Positions 44,712-54,903 of a stretch of 64,000 bases of DNA are shown one piece after another. Numbering within the stretch: the stretch's first letter is position 1; every line of letters starts with the position of its first letter. Source of the stretch: an uncultured Gammaproteobacteria bacterium (GTDB taxonomy: Bacteria > Pseudomonadota > Gammaproteobacteria > Steroidobacterales > Steroidobacteraceae); assembly GCA_963809645.1 (NCBI GenBank), contig CAWEKK010000014.1:23960-87959 (forward strand), read 5' to 3'. The notes under the pieces are model-generated. The model was not told the DNA's origin. It was given only the letters and a program-made list of their open reading frames with translations, and did no database searches. Made by a program: the position numbers and the translations under genes.

Positions 44712-46348
44712 TCAGTCAGTCGAAAACATGGCCGTATTTTTCCCGCAGATGAGTGCCTTCTGCACCTTGCCGGTGCCGCCTACCGGAAGCGAATCCAGAA
44801 AAACGACCTGCTCGGGCACCCACCACTTCGCCATACGCTCGGCGAGAAACGCCAAATCTCCCTGGCTTCCAGATTGTGTCCTGGCTTGCGCACCACGAAC
44901 AGCAGCGGCCGCTCCTGCCACTTGGGATGCCTGACCCCGATGACCGCGCAGGATGCCACCGCACGGATGCGCGATCGCGGTGTTCTCCAAATCGATCGAG
45001 CTGATCCATTCGCCGCCGGTCTTGATCAGATCTTTGGACGCGGTCGCGAATCTGCAGCACGCCCTGAGGGTCGATGGTGGCGATATCGCCGGTGGGAAAC
45101 CACCCGTCCCGCAAAGGTGAAATGTCGCTTTTGAAATAGCCGCTGACGATCCATTGTCCCCGCACCATCAGTTCGCCCTGAGACTTGCCGTCGCGGGGCA
45201 GATCAGAACCGTCTTCGGCCACCACCTTGATGTCGATGCCGAACACCGACTTGCCGCAGTTGGCGGCGGCGGCATGCCGCTGGGCCGGCGGCAACTGCAG
45301 CTGCTCCTTGCTCAGGCAGCCCAGTCGTTGCCACTGCCGTGGTCTCGGTCATTCCCCAGCCCTGTCGCACCTCAATGCCGAAGTTCTGGTCGAATTTGGC
45401 GATCAAGGCGAGCGGCACGGCTGAGCCGCCGGACAGAACCCGCTGCAGGCTGGAGAATTTCAAGCCGTGTTGTTCCGCGTACTGCAGCAGCGCCAGCCAG
45501 ACCGTCGGCACGCCGGCACTCACCGTCACCTGCTCGTTTTCCATCAATTCGTATAAACCCGGACCATCCAATCGAGGACCGGGCAACACCAGCTTCGCGC
45601 CGCCGATGAGGCAGCCATAGGGGGCGCACCACGCATTGATATGGAACATCGGCACGACCGGCAGCATCGCGTCGCGGTTGGAGAAGACCGAGCATCGCCG
45701 GCATGCAAATCGTCATGGCGTCGAGCACGATCGCAGCGATGCGAATAAAGCACTCCCTTGGGATTGCCGGTGGTGCCCGAGGTGTAGCAAATGGCGGCAC
45801 TGGCGCGCTCGTCGAACTGCGGCCATTCGAATTACTCATCCTGGGATTCAATCAGCGTCTCGTAGCAATAGACGTTGGCAACTCCGTTGAGGGCGCGGCA
45901 TGTTTTCCGCATCGGTCATGCAGATCCAGGCACTGATGTTCGGACAGCGCCCGGCAATGCTTTCGATCAACGGAGCGAAAGTGCAATCGAAGAAAAGCAC
46001 GCGATCCTCGGCATGGTTGATGATGTAAATCAATTGCTCGAGGTGCAGGCGCGGATTGCAGGTATGGATGATCAGTCCGCTGCCGGATACCGCATAGTAG
46101 ATTTCAACGTGACGGTGATTGTTCCAGGCGAGCGAGCCGACGCGCCGAGCCCGCGGGCAATCCGAGGTCGGCGAGTGCGTTGGCCGAGCTTTTCGACCCG
46201 CCGTGCGCATTCGGCAAAGGTGTAGCGGAACACCGGCCCGTGCGTTTCCCGGGAGACGATCTGCTGCTCGCCGTGCTGAGCCGCGGCATGCTCGATGATC
46301 GCGGAAATCAGCAGGGGCCGATCCATCATGAGTCCAGGCTGGAGCATT
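44712..46348 (-). pseudogene. AMP-dependent acyl-CoA synthetase/ligase, heavily fragmented (at least 8 frame breaks)
   Basis: Fragments lie in all three frames: MMDRPLLISAIIEHAA..., [90 protein letters not shown]. Confidence 0.8.
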
Positions 46349-46355
46349 TGCCCTC

Positions 46356-48585
46356 TTACTTTGGCGCCGCCGCGCCTTGCTGCTCGCGGTAGGCGATCCA
46401 ACTTTGTTCGATCAGGTACGCGTGAACGTTGTCGGCGTCCTGGTCGCTCAAGATGTCGTTGAAGCGTTCCATGCCGGCGGGCGCCAGGGCGCCGCGCAGC
46501 AAAATGTCCTTGAATGCAACGTGCAGCCCGTCGTTGAGTTTGCGAAGATCGGGCGTGGTGCTCGGCCCCAGCTGGTGGCAGCGCGTGCATTGCGCGATGA
46601 AGATCACTTCGCCGGCGTCGATTTGCGCCTGGGTCGCCTGCTGCGCCGGGGGTTTCGGGAACAGCGGCTCGGTTCGCGGCAGGCGGCGTCGGCACCGCAC
46701 CGCCGCCGAGCTTGAACGCAATTATTCGATTGGTGTTTTGATACTTCAGGGCGGCGCTGCTCGGGGGGATTTGCGCCACGGTGATCGCCGTACCGCCGTA
46801 TCCCACTTGAACCGCGACATACTGTTCACCGTTGATTGCATAGGTCATCGGTGCCGCCATGATGTGGCTGCCGGTTTTCAGCGTCTTGAGTACTTTGCCG
46901 GTATCCGCGGCATAAACCCACAACTCGCCGCTGCCGCGGCCTTGAAATACCAGATTTCCCGCGGTCGACATCACGCCGCCGTCGTAGCCGCGGATTCCGG
47001 AAGAGGTTTCGTGTTCCCATACGACCTTTTCAGCGACCGGATCCCAGGCACGAAGCAGTTCGCGCACGGGTTTGACATGGCGCGCAGCCTTTACCGCCTG
47101 CTCGTCCGGGACCGGGCCGAACAAACGAGCCGCGTCTTTGGGATCGTAGGTGTCATCGGGAATGATGCCCTGAACGGTGAAGAATCCTTCGACGTATTCC
47201 ACCTTGCTGCCGTTATGCAGGAGATCGACCCATATGGTCGGGACGTCGATGACGGGAATGTAAGCCAGCCGTGTTTGCGGGCTATAGGACATCGGATTCC
47301 AGGTGTGGGCGCCAAACCACGAAGGGTAGGTGAGCTTGGCCGTGTTGTACCAATTGGATTGCTTGGTCGTCACCGGTCTGCCGGTCTTCATGTCAACATG
47401 AGTCGCCCAATTCATGAACGCGTAATTCTTGGCCGACAGCAATTTGCCGGTCTTACGATCCAACACATAAAAGAAGGCATTCTTGGAGGCCTGCATGATG
47501 ACCGGGCGGGGCGCGCCATCGACAATGATGTCCGCCAGCACCATTTTTTGTACCGCATCGTAATCCCAGCTGTCATGCGGCGTTTCCTGGTAATACCATG
47601 CCATGCGCCCGGTCGCCGCATCGACCGCAATGATGCAGGTGGCGTACAGGCCATCGAGCTGTTTCGTTCCCAGCTGGCGCAGATCATAAGGCGCCGCGTT
47701 GGCGGTGCCGAAGTACAGCAGGTTGAGCTTCGCATCGTAGGCGAATCCGTCCCACGCGGTCGCGCCGCCTTTGTACGCGGGCTTGCGACGCGGATCCCAG
47801 GTCTTGTCGGCCGCCGCCAATTCGGGATTCTCGTAAGGCTGGCCAACCGCGGGCGGTACCGTGAAGAAGCGCCACTTGAGCGCACCGGTTTGCAAGTCGT
47901 AGGCCGATATATAGCCGCGCACCGCGCCGTGCCCCATGTCCGCACCGCTGTTGCCGATTACCACCACGCTGCCGGCGATTTGCGGGGCGCCGGTGCTGGA
48001 GTAAGGCAGCTTGCGGTCCACGATGGTGTCGGCCTCCCAAAGTTTTTTGCCCGTTGCCGCATCGAGCGCATGCAGGCGTCCATCCACCGACGCCACAAAC
48101 ACCTTGCCTTGCCAAACTGCCACACCGCGATTGACCAGATCGCAGCACGGATTGCGGGCCATGAAGGAGTCGGCCTTGGGATCGTAGCGCCATAGTTCTT
48201 TTCCGGTGGCCGCATCCACCGCATAGACATAACCCCAGGTTCCCGAGGTGTACATCACGCCATCGATCACCAGCGGCGTGGCTTCCTGGCCGCGTTGCGG
48301 CTCTCCCAAATCGTAGCTCCATGCAAAACCCAACTGGTTGACGTTGGCCGCGGTAATCGAGGTCAATGGGGAGAAGTACGTGCCGTCCTTATCGCGGCCG
48401 CCGGTAAACCAGTTCTGCGGCTCAGAGTCCGCCGCCTCCAGGCGTGCCGCATCCACGTTTCCTGCACCCTTGGCCGCCGCGTGGCCGAGCGCCGGGCCCA
48501 GCAGCCAGGCAAGTGCGGCGCTACCCCAAAATATTTTTGTCAGCAAGAAGGATCTCCCGAATGATGGCGGAAGCTTAGCTAACAT
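46356..48585 (-). pseudogene. PQQ-dependent quinohemoprotein alcohol dehydrogenase (type II), one frame break before the cytochrome c domain
   Basis: Signal peptide, an 8-bladed PQQ propeller (repeated W motifs, vicinal CC in NPCCDLVNRG), then near 46680 a frame change into the heme c domain carrying CTRCH. The track ORF runs on into the next gene's 5' end. Confidence 0.85.
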
Positions 48586-48715
48586 CGGGTGGGATGGGTA
48601 CTTTCTCTCCGCACAGGTAAGCTCTCGCCGACATGACTTGTGCGCCGCTGTGAATTGCCGCTTCTTTTACGCCGACTTAACATTCGAGCATCAACCCCTC
48701 AATGAGGATAGCGAC

Positions 48716-49036
48716 ATGCAGCAGCATCTTTGGAAACCGGCATTGCTCACCCTGACGGCGCTCGCGATGACCGCACTGGCCCCGGCGCTGGTCGGCGCCC
48801 AGGAACGCCCGGATGAGCATCGGCCGGATGAGCATCAAGTGATGCGTTCGGACGATCATCGGAATGATCACCGCGACGATCACAACCGCGATAGGAGCAG
48901 TGACCCGGCGGAACGCTACCGGCACGATCATCCGAATTCCTCGGCGCGCTGCCACGACGGCTTTTTCACAAGCACGAAAGATCGAAATCGCGCCTGCACC
49001 AAGCATGGCGGCATCGATGTCTGGCTTTCCCTCTAG
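48716..49036 (+). CDS. Small secreted protein with a His/Asp/Arg-rich region and a DUF3761-like C-terminus
   Basis: GAGGA RBS and signal peptide MQQHLWKPALLTLTALAMTALAPALVGA. The charged region reads ERPDEHRPDEHQVMRSDDHRNDHRDDHNRDR. The C-terminus is CHDGFFTSTKDRNRACTKHGGIDVWL. Confidence 0.6.
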   Translation: MQQHLWKPALLTLTALAMTALAPALVGAQERPDEHRPDEHQVMRSDDHRNDHRDDHNRDRSSDPAERYRHDHPNSSARCHDGFFTSTKDRNRACTKHGGIDVWLSL

Positions 49037-49072
49037 TTGAAGCGCCGGCTTCGGCGCAACCTTGGGTGGATT

Positions 49073-49098
49073 GCGCGGCCCGGGAAACCGGGCCGCGC
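49073..49098 (+). terminator. Candidate intrinsic terminator (11-bp GC stem, GAAA loop)
   Basis: GCGCGGCCCGG-GAAA-CCGGGCCGCGC is a perfect stem, followed by CGTATTTGCTGT. A second 6-bp hairpin (GCGCCG-GCTT-CGGCGC) lies at 49042-49057. Both sit after the small secreted protein gene. Confidence 0.5.
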
Positions 49099-49139
49099 CG
49101 TATTTGCTGTCGGGCCCGGAGCGCCCGTACACTTGCTTC

Positions 49140-50276
49140 ATGTCAATGATCTTGAATATCGCCGATCTGCGGCAGCTCGCCAAGCGCCGTATCCCGCGTG
49201 CGATTTTTGATTATGCCGACGGCGGATCCTATGATGAGCGCACCATCGTGCGCAACGCCGCGGATCTGGATGCGATGACCTTTCGCCAGCGGGTCATGGT
49301 CGATGTATCGAAGATATCCCTGGGCACCACCTTCCTCGGCTCACCGGTCAGCATGCCGCTGGCCATCGGGCCAACCGGCCTTGCGGGATTGTTTCACGCA
49401 GATGGCGAAATACTCGGTGCCAGAGCCGCCGCTGCCTGCGGTATTCCCTTCTGCTTGAGCACCATGTCGATCTGTTCGATCGAAGATGTGCGAGCCGCCA
49501 CGCAGCAGCCCTTTTGGTTTCAGCAGTACCTCATGAGGGATCGCGGCTTCAATCAAGAACTGATCGATCGTGCGGCGGCGGCGCAATGCTCCGCGCTCAT
49601 GCTGACGCTCGATTTGCAGGTCATCGGCGAACGGCGCCGCGATCCGCGCAACGGACTCACCATTCCTCCCCGCTTGACCCTGCGAAATGCCTGGGATGTT
49701 GCAACCAAACCTTCCTGGGCCCTCAAGGTGCTGTTCGGCAAACGGCGTACGTTTGGAAATTTAGTCGGGCGCATCGGCGGCTCGAGCGGCATCAATACCC
49801 TGGCCGAGTGGACCGCGACGCAATTCGATGCTTCAGCCAATTGGCGTGATGTCGAGTGGGTACGCAGCCGTTGGCCGGGGAAACTCATCCTAAAGGGTGT
49901 GCTGGACACCGAAGATGCGCGCTTGGGCGTAGCCGCCGGCGCCGACGCCATTGTCGTTTCCAATCATGGCGGCCGCCAGTTGGACGGCGGGCCGTCATCG
50001 ATCTCGGTGTTGGCCGAAATTGTCGAGGCGGTCGGGGGACGATGCGAAGTTATGTTCGATGGCGGGATCCGCTCCGGCCAGGATATCGCAAAGGCGCTGG
50101 CGCTCGGCGCACGCGGTGCCTTGATCGGCAAGGCCTTCCTCTATGCCTTGTCGGCGGCGGGCGAAGCAGGCGTGACCCGGGCCGTCGAAATCATGCGCAA
50201 TGAATTGCGTGTCACACTGGCCCTCACGGGGACTTCGACCATCGATGCGGTGGGACCGCATATCTTACGCATCTGA
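49140..50276 (+). CDS. FMN-dependent alpha-hydroxy acid dehydrogenase (L-lactate dehydrogenase/LldD-like)
   Basis: MSMILNIADLRQLAKRRIPRAIFDYADGGSYDE..., LTLDLQVIGERRRD, ILKGVL, VVSNHGGRQLDG, DGGIRSGQDIAKALALGA. Confidence 0.85.
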   Translation: MSMILNIADLRQLAKRRIPRAIFDYADGGSYDERTIVRNAADLDAMTFRQRVMVDVSKISLGTTFLGSPVSMPLAIGPTGLAGLFHADGEILGARAAAACGIPFCLSTMSICSIEDVRAATQQPFWFQQYLMRDRGFNQELIDRAAAAQCSALMLTLDLQVIGERRRDPRNGLTIPPRLTLRNAWDVATKPSWALKVLFGKRRTFGNLVGRIGGSSGINTLAEWTATQFDASANWRDVEWVRSRWPGKLILKGVLDTEDARLGVAAGADAIVVSNHGGRQLDGGPSSISVLAEIVEAVGGRCEVMFDGGIRSGQDIAKALALGARGALIGKAFLYALSAAGEAGVTRAVEIMRNELRVTLALTGTSTIDAVGPHILRI

Positions 50277-50288
50277 ACGCCTCTGGAT

Positions 50289-51149
50289 CTAGATCATCGG
50301 CAGTTCGCGCGGCGCTTTTCCCAGAGGAAATGCTGCATCGATTGCGGCAATGTCGGAAGCGCTCAATGTCAAAGATATAGCGCCCGCATTCTCGGTCACG
50401 TGCGCGATGTCGGACGCCTTGGGGATGACGAATACTTCCCGGTGCCGCAATAGAAAGCTCAGCGCCACCTGCCGGGGTGTGGCGCCATGCGCCGCCGCGA
50501 TTTCGCGCAGCACCCGCGCGGATTTGGAGCCGCCGTCAAAGATTTTCGATGATTGGCCATACGGTGTGTAGGCGACTACGGCACTGCCGTGTGTCCGGCA
50601 CCAGGGAAGGACGGCGTGCTCAATCGCGCGTTCCTCGAGGTGGTATAGAACCTGGTTGCAGGCCGGATGGCCGGGCCCGGCAATCGCGGCAAGCTGCTCA
50701 AGATCCTCGGCATCGAAATTGCTCACGCCCCAGGAGAGTATTTTCCCCTGACGCACCAACAATTCGAATGCGGCAATGGTCTCTTCCAGCGGCACGCTGC
50801 CCCGCCAGTGAAGCAGGTAGCAATCGAGGCGGTCGGTGCGCAGGCGTGCCAAGGATTTCTCGCAAGCGGCCACTGCGCCATTTTTCGAGGCGTTGCCGGG
50901 GAGGACCTTGGAGACCAGGAACACCTCATCGCGCCGCCCTTCAATGGCGTTGCCGATGATTTTTTCCGAGGCTCCGGAACCGTACATTTCCGCGGTGTCG
51001 ATATGCGTGAGCCCAAGATCGAGTCCCCGGCGCAGCGCCGCGGCTGCGGCGCCGCTGTTGGCCGCTTCGATTTTCCAGGTCCCTTGTCCGACGCAGGCGA
51101 CGTTACGCCGAGTCGTGCCGAAGGTACGCGCAGTGCTTTTGGCGGCCAT
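50289..51149 (-). CDS. Aldo/keto reductase
   Basis: 286 aa with AKR landmarks: THIDTAEMYG, FLVSKV, LDCYLLHW, ACNQVLYHL and IPKAS. Confidence 0.85.
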   Translation of the reverse strand: MAAKSTARTFGTTRRNVACVGQGTWKIEAANSGAAAAALRRGLDLGLTHIDTAEMYGSGASEKIIGNAIEGRRDEVFLVSKVLPGNASKNGAVAACEKSLARLRTDRLDCYLLHWRGSVPLEETIAAFELLVRQGKILSWGVSNFDAEDLEQLAAIAGPGHPACNQVLYHLEERAIEHAVLPWCRTHGSAVVAYTPYGQSSKIFDGGSKSARVLREIAAAHGATPRQVALSFLLRHREVFVIPKASDIAHVTENAGAISLTLSASDIAAIDAAFPLGKAPRELPMI

Positions 51150-51209
51150 TTATGTTTTAGTGTATTGCAAGAGACAGGCGCACAACTACCTTAATACTGG
51201 GAGGTCTTG

Positions 51210-53345
51210 ATGGTGCCGACGTCGACCGCGCCAGATGCAGACCGCCCGCCTGGCCTTCAATGGGATTTCACGGGCGGCGGCATCGCCACGGCCGCCGCAT
51301 CGCTCTTCGTGTTTGCCGGCCTCTATCTGCTGCTCGTGTTGTTGGGCCTGAAGCTGCACGAGAACACGGAGGAACTGACCATCATCTGGCCGGCGGCGGG
51401 CCTGTTGTTCATGGCCCTGTGGCTCGCGCCGCGCCGCAATTGGATCTGGATTCTGGGCATTCAGCTGATCATCGAATTGTCAGCCGGCGCGCTCATGACC
51501 GAACATTACCATTTCGGCGCCTACCTGCCTTACGCGCTCGCCAATTCGATCGACGGCGTGGTGGGCGCCACGGTGGCCTCGCGCCTGATCGCGATGCCGC
51601 GCGTTCCGCGCATGCGCAACGTGCTGCTGTTCATCGCTTCCGTGGCTGTCGGCGCCGCCGCCAGCGCCGTGGTGGGCGCATACGGCAGTACTCGCATGCT
51701 GGGCGGCGCGGAGTATGCGCGGGAATGGCAGATTTGGTGGGCCGGGAACTGGCTGGGTTCGCTGTGCGTCGCGCCGATTGTGATGGGCTGGGCCGTGCGT
51801 TTGCGCGCGCGCCAGCATTCTGCGCCCGCGGGTCCCGCGGTGGAAATGATGCTGATTGGATTTGCGATGCTGGCCATGACCGGTTGGGTGTTCTCCGCGC
51901 CGCCCGGGGGCGAGACCACCATACTCGACATGCCCTTCGTACTGCTGGCCTTGGCGGTGGTCGCCGCATTCCGCATGCCGCCGCGCTGGTCGACCGCGCT
52001 CGCCGCGGCGGCAGCAATCCTGGTGGCGTACTTTGCCAGCCGCGGCCTCGGTCCCTTCGCAGGCGATCAAAGTCCTTTCGTACGCGTCGGCGCGGTGCAG
52101 CTATATCTTGCGACCTTGGTGGTGATCAATTTCCTTTTGACCGTCGTACTGCTCGAGAAGCGCAACGCGTACCAGCTATTGCGCACCAGCGACGAACGCT
52201 ACCGCAACTTCATCGAGCACAGCTCGGAAGCCGTGTGGCGGGTCGAATTGTCCGCGCCCATGGCTCCTAATCTGCCGGTGGACGAGCAAATCGCGTGGCT
52301 GCAGACGCACGCGTATGTGGCGGAAAGCAATCGGACTTATTTGCGCATGAACCGCGAGATGGGCCGCTCGGAAGCCGAGGCGCAGGAGTGGCGCAGCGAC
52401 ATGCCCTGGTTCGCCATGTTCGTCAAACACCTGGGGAAGGCTTCGCACCAGGCCTACACGATGGACGGATTGCAATTTGCCGTCGCGGTCAATTCGCAGG
52501 CGCGGACCTATATAACCGGATTTCGCGGCGTCATAGAGCAGGGATACCTGGTGAGAGTGTGGGGAGTCGCCCGCGACGTCACCGAATTGGTGGATCTCAA
52601 CGAGCGGCTGCGCCAGAACCAGGATCGGCTCAAGCTCTATGCGCGCGAATTGGTCGGAGCCGAAGAGCGCGCGCGGCGCGCCACAGCGGTGGACTTGCAC
52701 GACGGGATCGGCCAGCAACTGGTGGGCTTGTCGATGACGCTGGAAGCACTGGTGACGCGCTCGCCTCCCGAGATTCGCCTGCTGCTCAGCGAGGCGACGG
52801 CAACCGTGCGCGAGGTGCAAGCCATCGCACAGCGCGTGATCGCCGATTTAAGTCCGCCCGGACTTTATGAACTTGGATTGGAGCCGGCGCTCAAATGGCT
52901 CTGCGTCTATATGCGCGGCAAGGACAATCTGCAGGTCGATCTCAAAGTGGCCGTGGATGAGGCGAGCATCGGCATCGATTTGCGCGTGCTGGTATTCAAG
53001 GTGATCAGGGAATTGCTGCGCAATGTGGTGAAGCACGCCGGCGTGCAATCGGCCAGCGTCAACGTGACGCGCGAATCGCAGGAATTGCGCGTGGTCGTCG
53101 AAGATCGCGGACTTGGCTTTGAATGGCAATTGAGCCTGTTCGAACCGCGAGCGCACGGTTTCGGTCTGTGGAGCGTTGCGGACCGCGTGCGCGACGCGGC
53201 GGGCGAAATGACAGTCGATACCGGTCCCGGCCGCGGCTGCCGGGTAACCGTGATTTTCCCGCTGGGCGCGCCCGCAGCCGTGCAAACCACCAATGCATTT
53301 GCCGGCCGCAAGGATGAAAGCGTCCGCTCCGCTTCCCGATCTTAG
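51210..53345 (+). CDS. Sensor histidine kinase: MASE1-like membrane domain, PAS, HisKA_3, HATPase_c; no adjacent response regulator
   Basis: About 8 TM helices at the N-terminus, then a PAS-like region. The HisKA_3 H-box is ERARRATAVDLHDGIGQQLVGL, followed by the ATPase (LLRNVVKHA...DRGLGF...GFGLWSV). GGAGG precedes ATG 51210. Confidence 0.8.
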   Translation: MVPTSTAPDADRPPGLQWDFTGGGIATAAASLFVFAGLYLLLVLLGLKLHENTEELTIIWPAAGLLFMALWLAPRRNWIWILGIQLIIELSAGALMTEHYHFGAYLPYALANSIDGVVGATVASRLIAMPRVPRMRNVLLFIASVAVGAAASAVVGAYGSTRMLGGAEYAREWQIWWAGNWLGSLCVAPIVMGWAVRLRARQHSAPAGPAVEMMLIGFAMLAMTGWVFSAPPGGETTILDMPFVLLALAVVAAFRMPPRWSTALAAAAAILVAYFASRGLGPFAGDQSPFVRVGAVQLYLATLVVINFLLTVVLLEKRNAYQLLRTSDERYRNFIEHSSEAVWRVELSAPMAPNLPVDEQIAWLQTHAYVAESNRTYLRMNREMGRSEAEAQEWRSDMPWFAMFVKHLGKASHQAYTMDGLQFAVAVNSQARTYITGFRGVIEQGYLVRVWGVARDVTELVDLNERLRQNQDRLKLYARELVGAEERARRATAVDLHDGIGQQLVGLSMTLEALVTRSPPEIRLLLSEATATVREVQAIAQRVIADLSPPGLYELGLEPALKWLCVYMRGKDNLQVDLKVAVDEASIGIDLRVLVFKVIRELLRNVVKHAGVQSASVNVTRESQELRVVVEDRGLGFEWQLSLFEPRAHGFGLWSVADRVRDAAGEMTVDTGPGRGCRVTVIFPLGAPAAVQTTNAFAGRKDESVRSASRS

Positions 53346-53806
53346 ATTTTAGCCAGACGCCGCGACATGCGCAGCGCCGCTTCCCGGCCCTGGTAATAGC
53401 CTTGCACGACCCCCAGCTGGTCAAAACCCAAGCGTGCGTAAAACATTCGCGCATGGTCGTTGTGCGTGCGCAATTCAAGATTGATGCGGAAAACGCCGGC
53501 CTCAATTGCGGTCCGGGTGAGCCAGTCCATCAGTTGCGTTCCCAAGCCCTGACGACGGTGTTCCGGCGCGACGGCCAGCAGGTTCAAATGCGCGACGTCG
53601 TCGCCGAAATGCATGATGGCAAATGCCGCCACCCGCTGTTCGCGGCGCGCCACGACGACCGAGGATTCCGGTCCGGAAATAAAATGTTGAACCCGCGCCG
53701 GCGTCCACGACCAGGTTAAGCCCTGTTCTATGAGATCGCGGGACATCTCGGCAATTTCGCGCGCATCCGTCGCCCGCGCCAAACCGATATAAGCCAGTTC
53801 AGACAC
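53342..53806 (-). CDS. GNAT family N-acetyltransferase (RimI-like)
   Basis: 154 aa. The acetyl-CoA motif is LLAVAPEHRRQGLGTQLMDWL, with ...ARMFYARLGF near the C-terminus. Confidence 0.8.
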   Translation of the reverse strand: MSELAYIGLARATDAREIAEMSRDLIEQGLTWSWTPARVQHFISGPESSVVVARREQRVAAFAIMHFGDDVAHLNLLAVAPEHRRQGLGTQLMDWLTRTAIEAGVFRINLELRTHNDHARMFYARLGFDQLGVVQGYYQGREAALRMSRRLAKI

Positions 53807-53817
53807 TGATATCCCCT

Positions 53818-54903
53818 TTAGCGGCTGCGGTAACGATCGGTTGCCTGCACCAGCTCATGAGTATTGCCCGGTTCGAAGGCAGAGTGACCGGCATCGGGCA
53901 CCAGGCGCAAGTCGGCCTCCGGCCAGGCACGATGCAAGTCCCAAGCGCTGGTCGCGGGGCACACGACATCGTAACGGCCCTGCACGATGGTCGTGGGAAT
54001 ATTGCGAATGCGCGGAACATCGTCGATCAATTGGCTCTCGCTGCGCAGGAAACCGCGGTTCACAAAGTAATGGCACTCGATCCTGGCGACCGACAGGGCA
54101 AATTGATCTTCGCCCCATTTCTTGATGTTATCGACGTTGCTGTGTAGAAAGCTGCAGGCTGCCTCCCACACGGACCAGGCGCGCGCCGCGGCCAGTGCGA
54201 CGCGCTGATCCGTGCCGGTCAGCCGCTTGTGATAAGCGCTTAAATAGTCGTCGCGTTCGTCGAGAGGAATGGCATCGCGATAGGCCTCCCAGGCATCGGG
54301 GAAAATCTCCGAGGCGCCATGCTGATAGAACCAGCGTATTTCGGCGTAGCGCAGCAGAAAAATTCCGCGCAGAACAATTTCGCTGACGCGTTCCGGATGC
54401 GCTTCAGCATAGGCCAGGGCGAGGGTGCTGCCCCAGGAGCCGCCGAAAACCAGCCAGCGTTCGATGTTCAAGTGCCTGCGCAAACGCTCGATGTCGGCGA
54501 CCAAATGCCAGGTGGTATTTTCGATCAGGCTGGCGGTCGGCCGGCTGCGTCCGCAGCCGCGCTGATCGAATACCACAATACGGTAGTGGCGCGGGTCGAA
54601 AAATTGACGGGCGCGTTTGTCGGATCCGGCGCCCGGACCACCGTGCAAAAAAACAGCCGGTTTGCCGGCGGGATTGCCGCTTTCTTCGTAGTAGATCTCG
54701 TGAATGTCCGAGACGCGCAGGTAGCCGTGCCGGTAGGGCTCGAGCGCGGGATACAACTCGCGGCGCGGCGCGCTGCGCGGAGTCGGGCGGGAAATTTCTC
54801 GCGCTTTGACGCCGCGGGTGGATTTCGCCGCGCTGATGGAGGGCTTTTTCACAGCCCTGGGCAAGGCGCGTGAGCCTGCCTGCGCGGCCTTTTTTTTCTT
54901 CAT
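53818..54903 (-). CDS. pip: Prolyl aminopeptidase (proline iminopeptidase) with a basic N-terminal extension
   Basis: LYPALEPYRHGYLRV...VFLHGGPG...DQRGCGRS, nucleophile FGGSWGSTLAL, and C-terminal ...DAGHSAFE. The ATG overlaps the HIT gene stop (ATGA). The first ~45 aa are Lys/Arg/Ala-rich. Confidence 0.85.
   Translation of the reverse strand: MKKKKAAQAGSRALPRAVKKPSISAAKSTRGVKAREISRPTPRSAPRRELYPALEPYRHGYLRVSDIHEIYYEESGNPAGKPAVFLHGGPGAGSDKRARQFFDPRHYRIVVFDQRGCGRSRPTASLIENTTWHLVADIERLRRHLNIERWLVFGGSWGSTLALAYAEAHPERVSEIVLRGIFLLRYAEIRWFYQHGASEIFPDAWEAYRDAIPLDERDDYLSAYHKRLTGTDQRVALAAARAWSVWEAACSFLHSNVDNIKKWGEDQFALSVARIECHYFVNRGFLRSESQLIDDVPRIRNIPTTIVQGRYDVVCPATSAWDLHRAWPEADLRLVPDAGHSAFEPGNTHELVQATDRYRSR

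Noticed and set aside
46429-48195. 588-aa ORF on the + strand
   Set aside because: It is antisense to the PQQ alcohol dehydrogenase. Its composition is Arg/Gly/Ala-biased, with no domain signatures.
46072-48585. 837-aa track ORF taken as a single gene
   Set aside because: After a frame break near 46680, the wrong frame stays open past the true ADH stop (46356) and into the 5' end of the acyl-CoA synthetase (MLQPGLMMDRPLL...). The cytochrome c domain with CTRCH is in the 46356-46721 frame.
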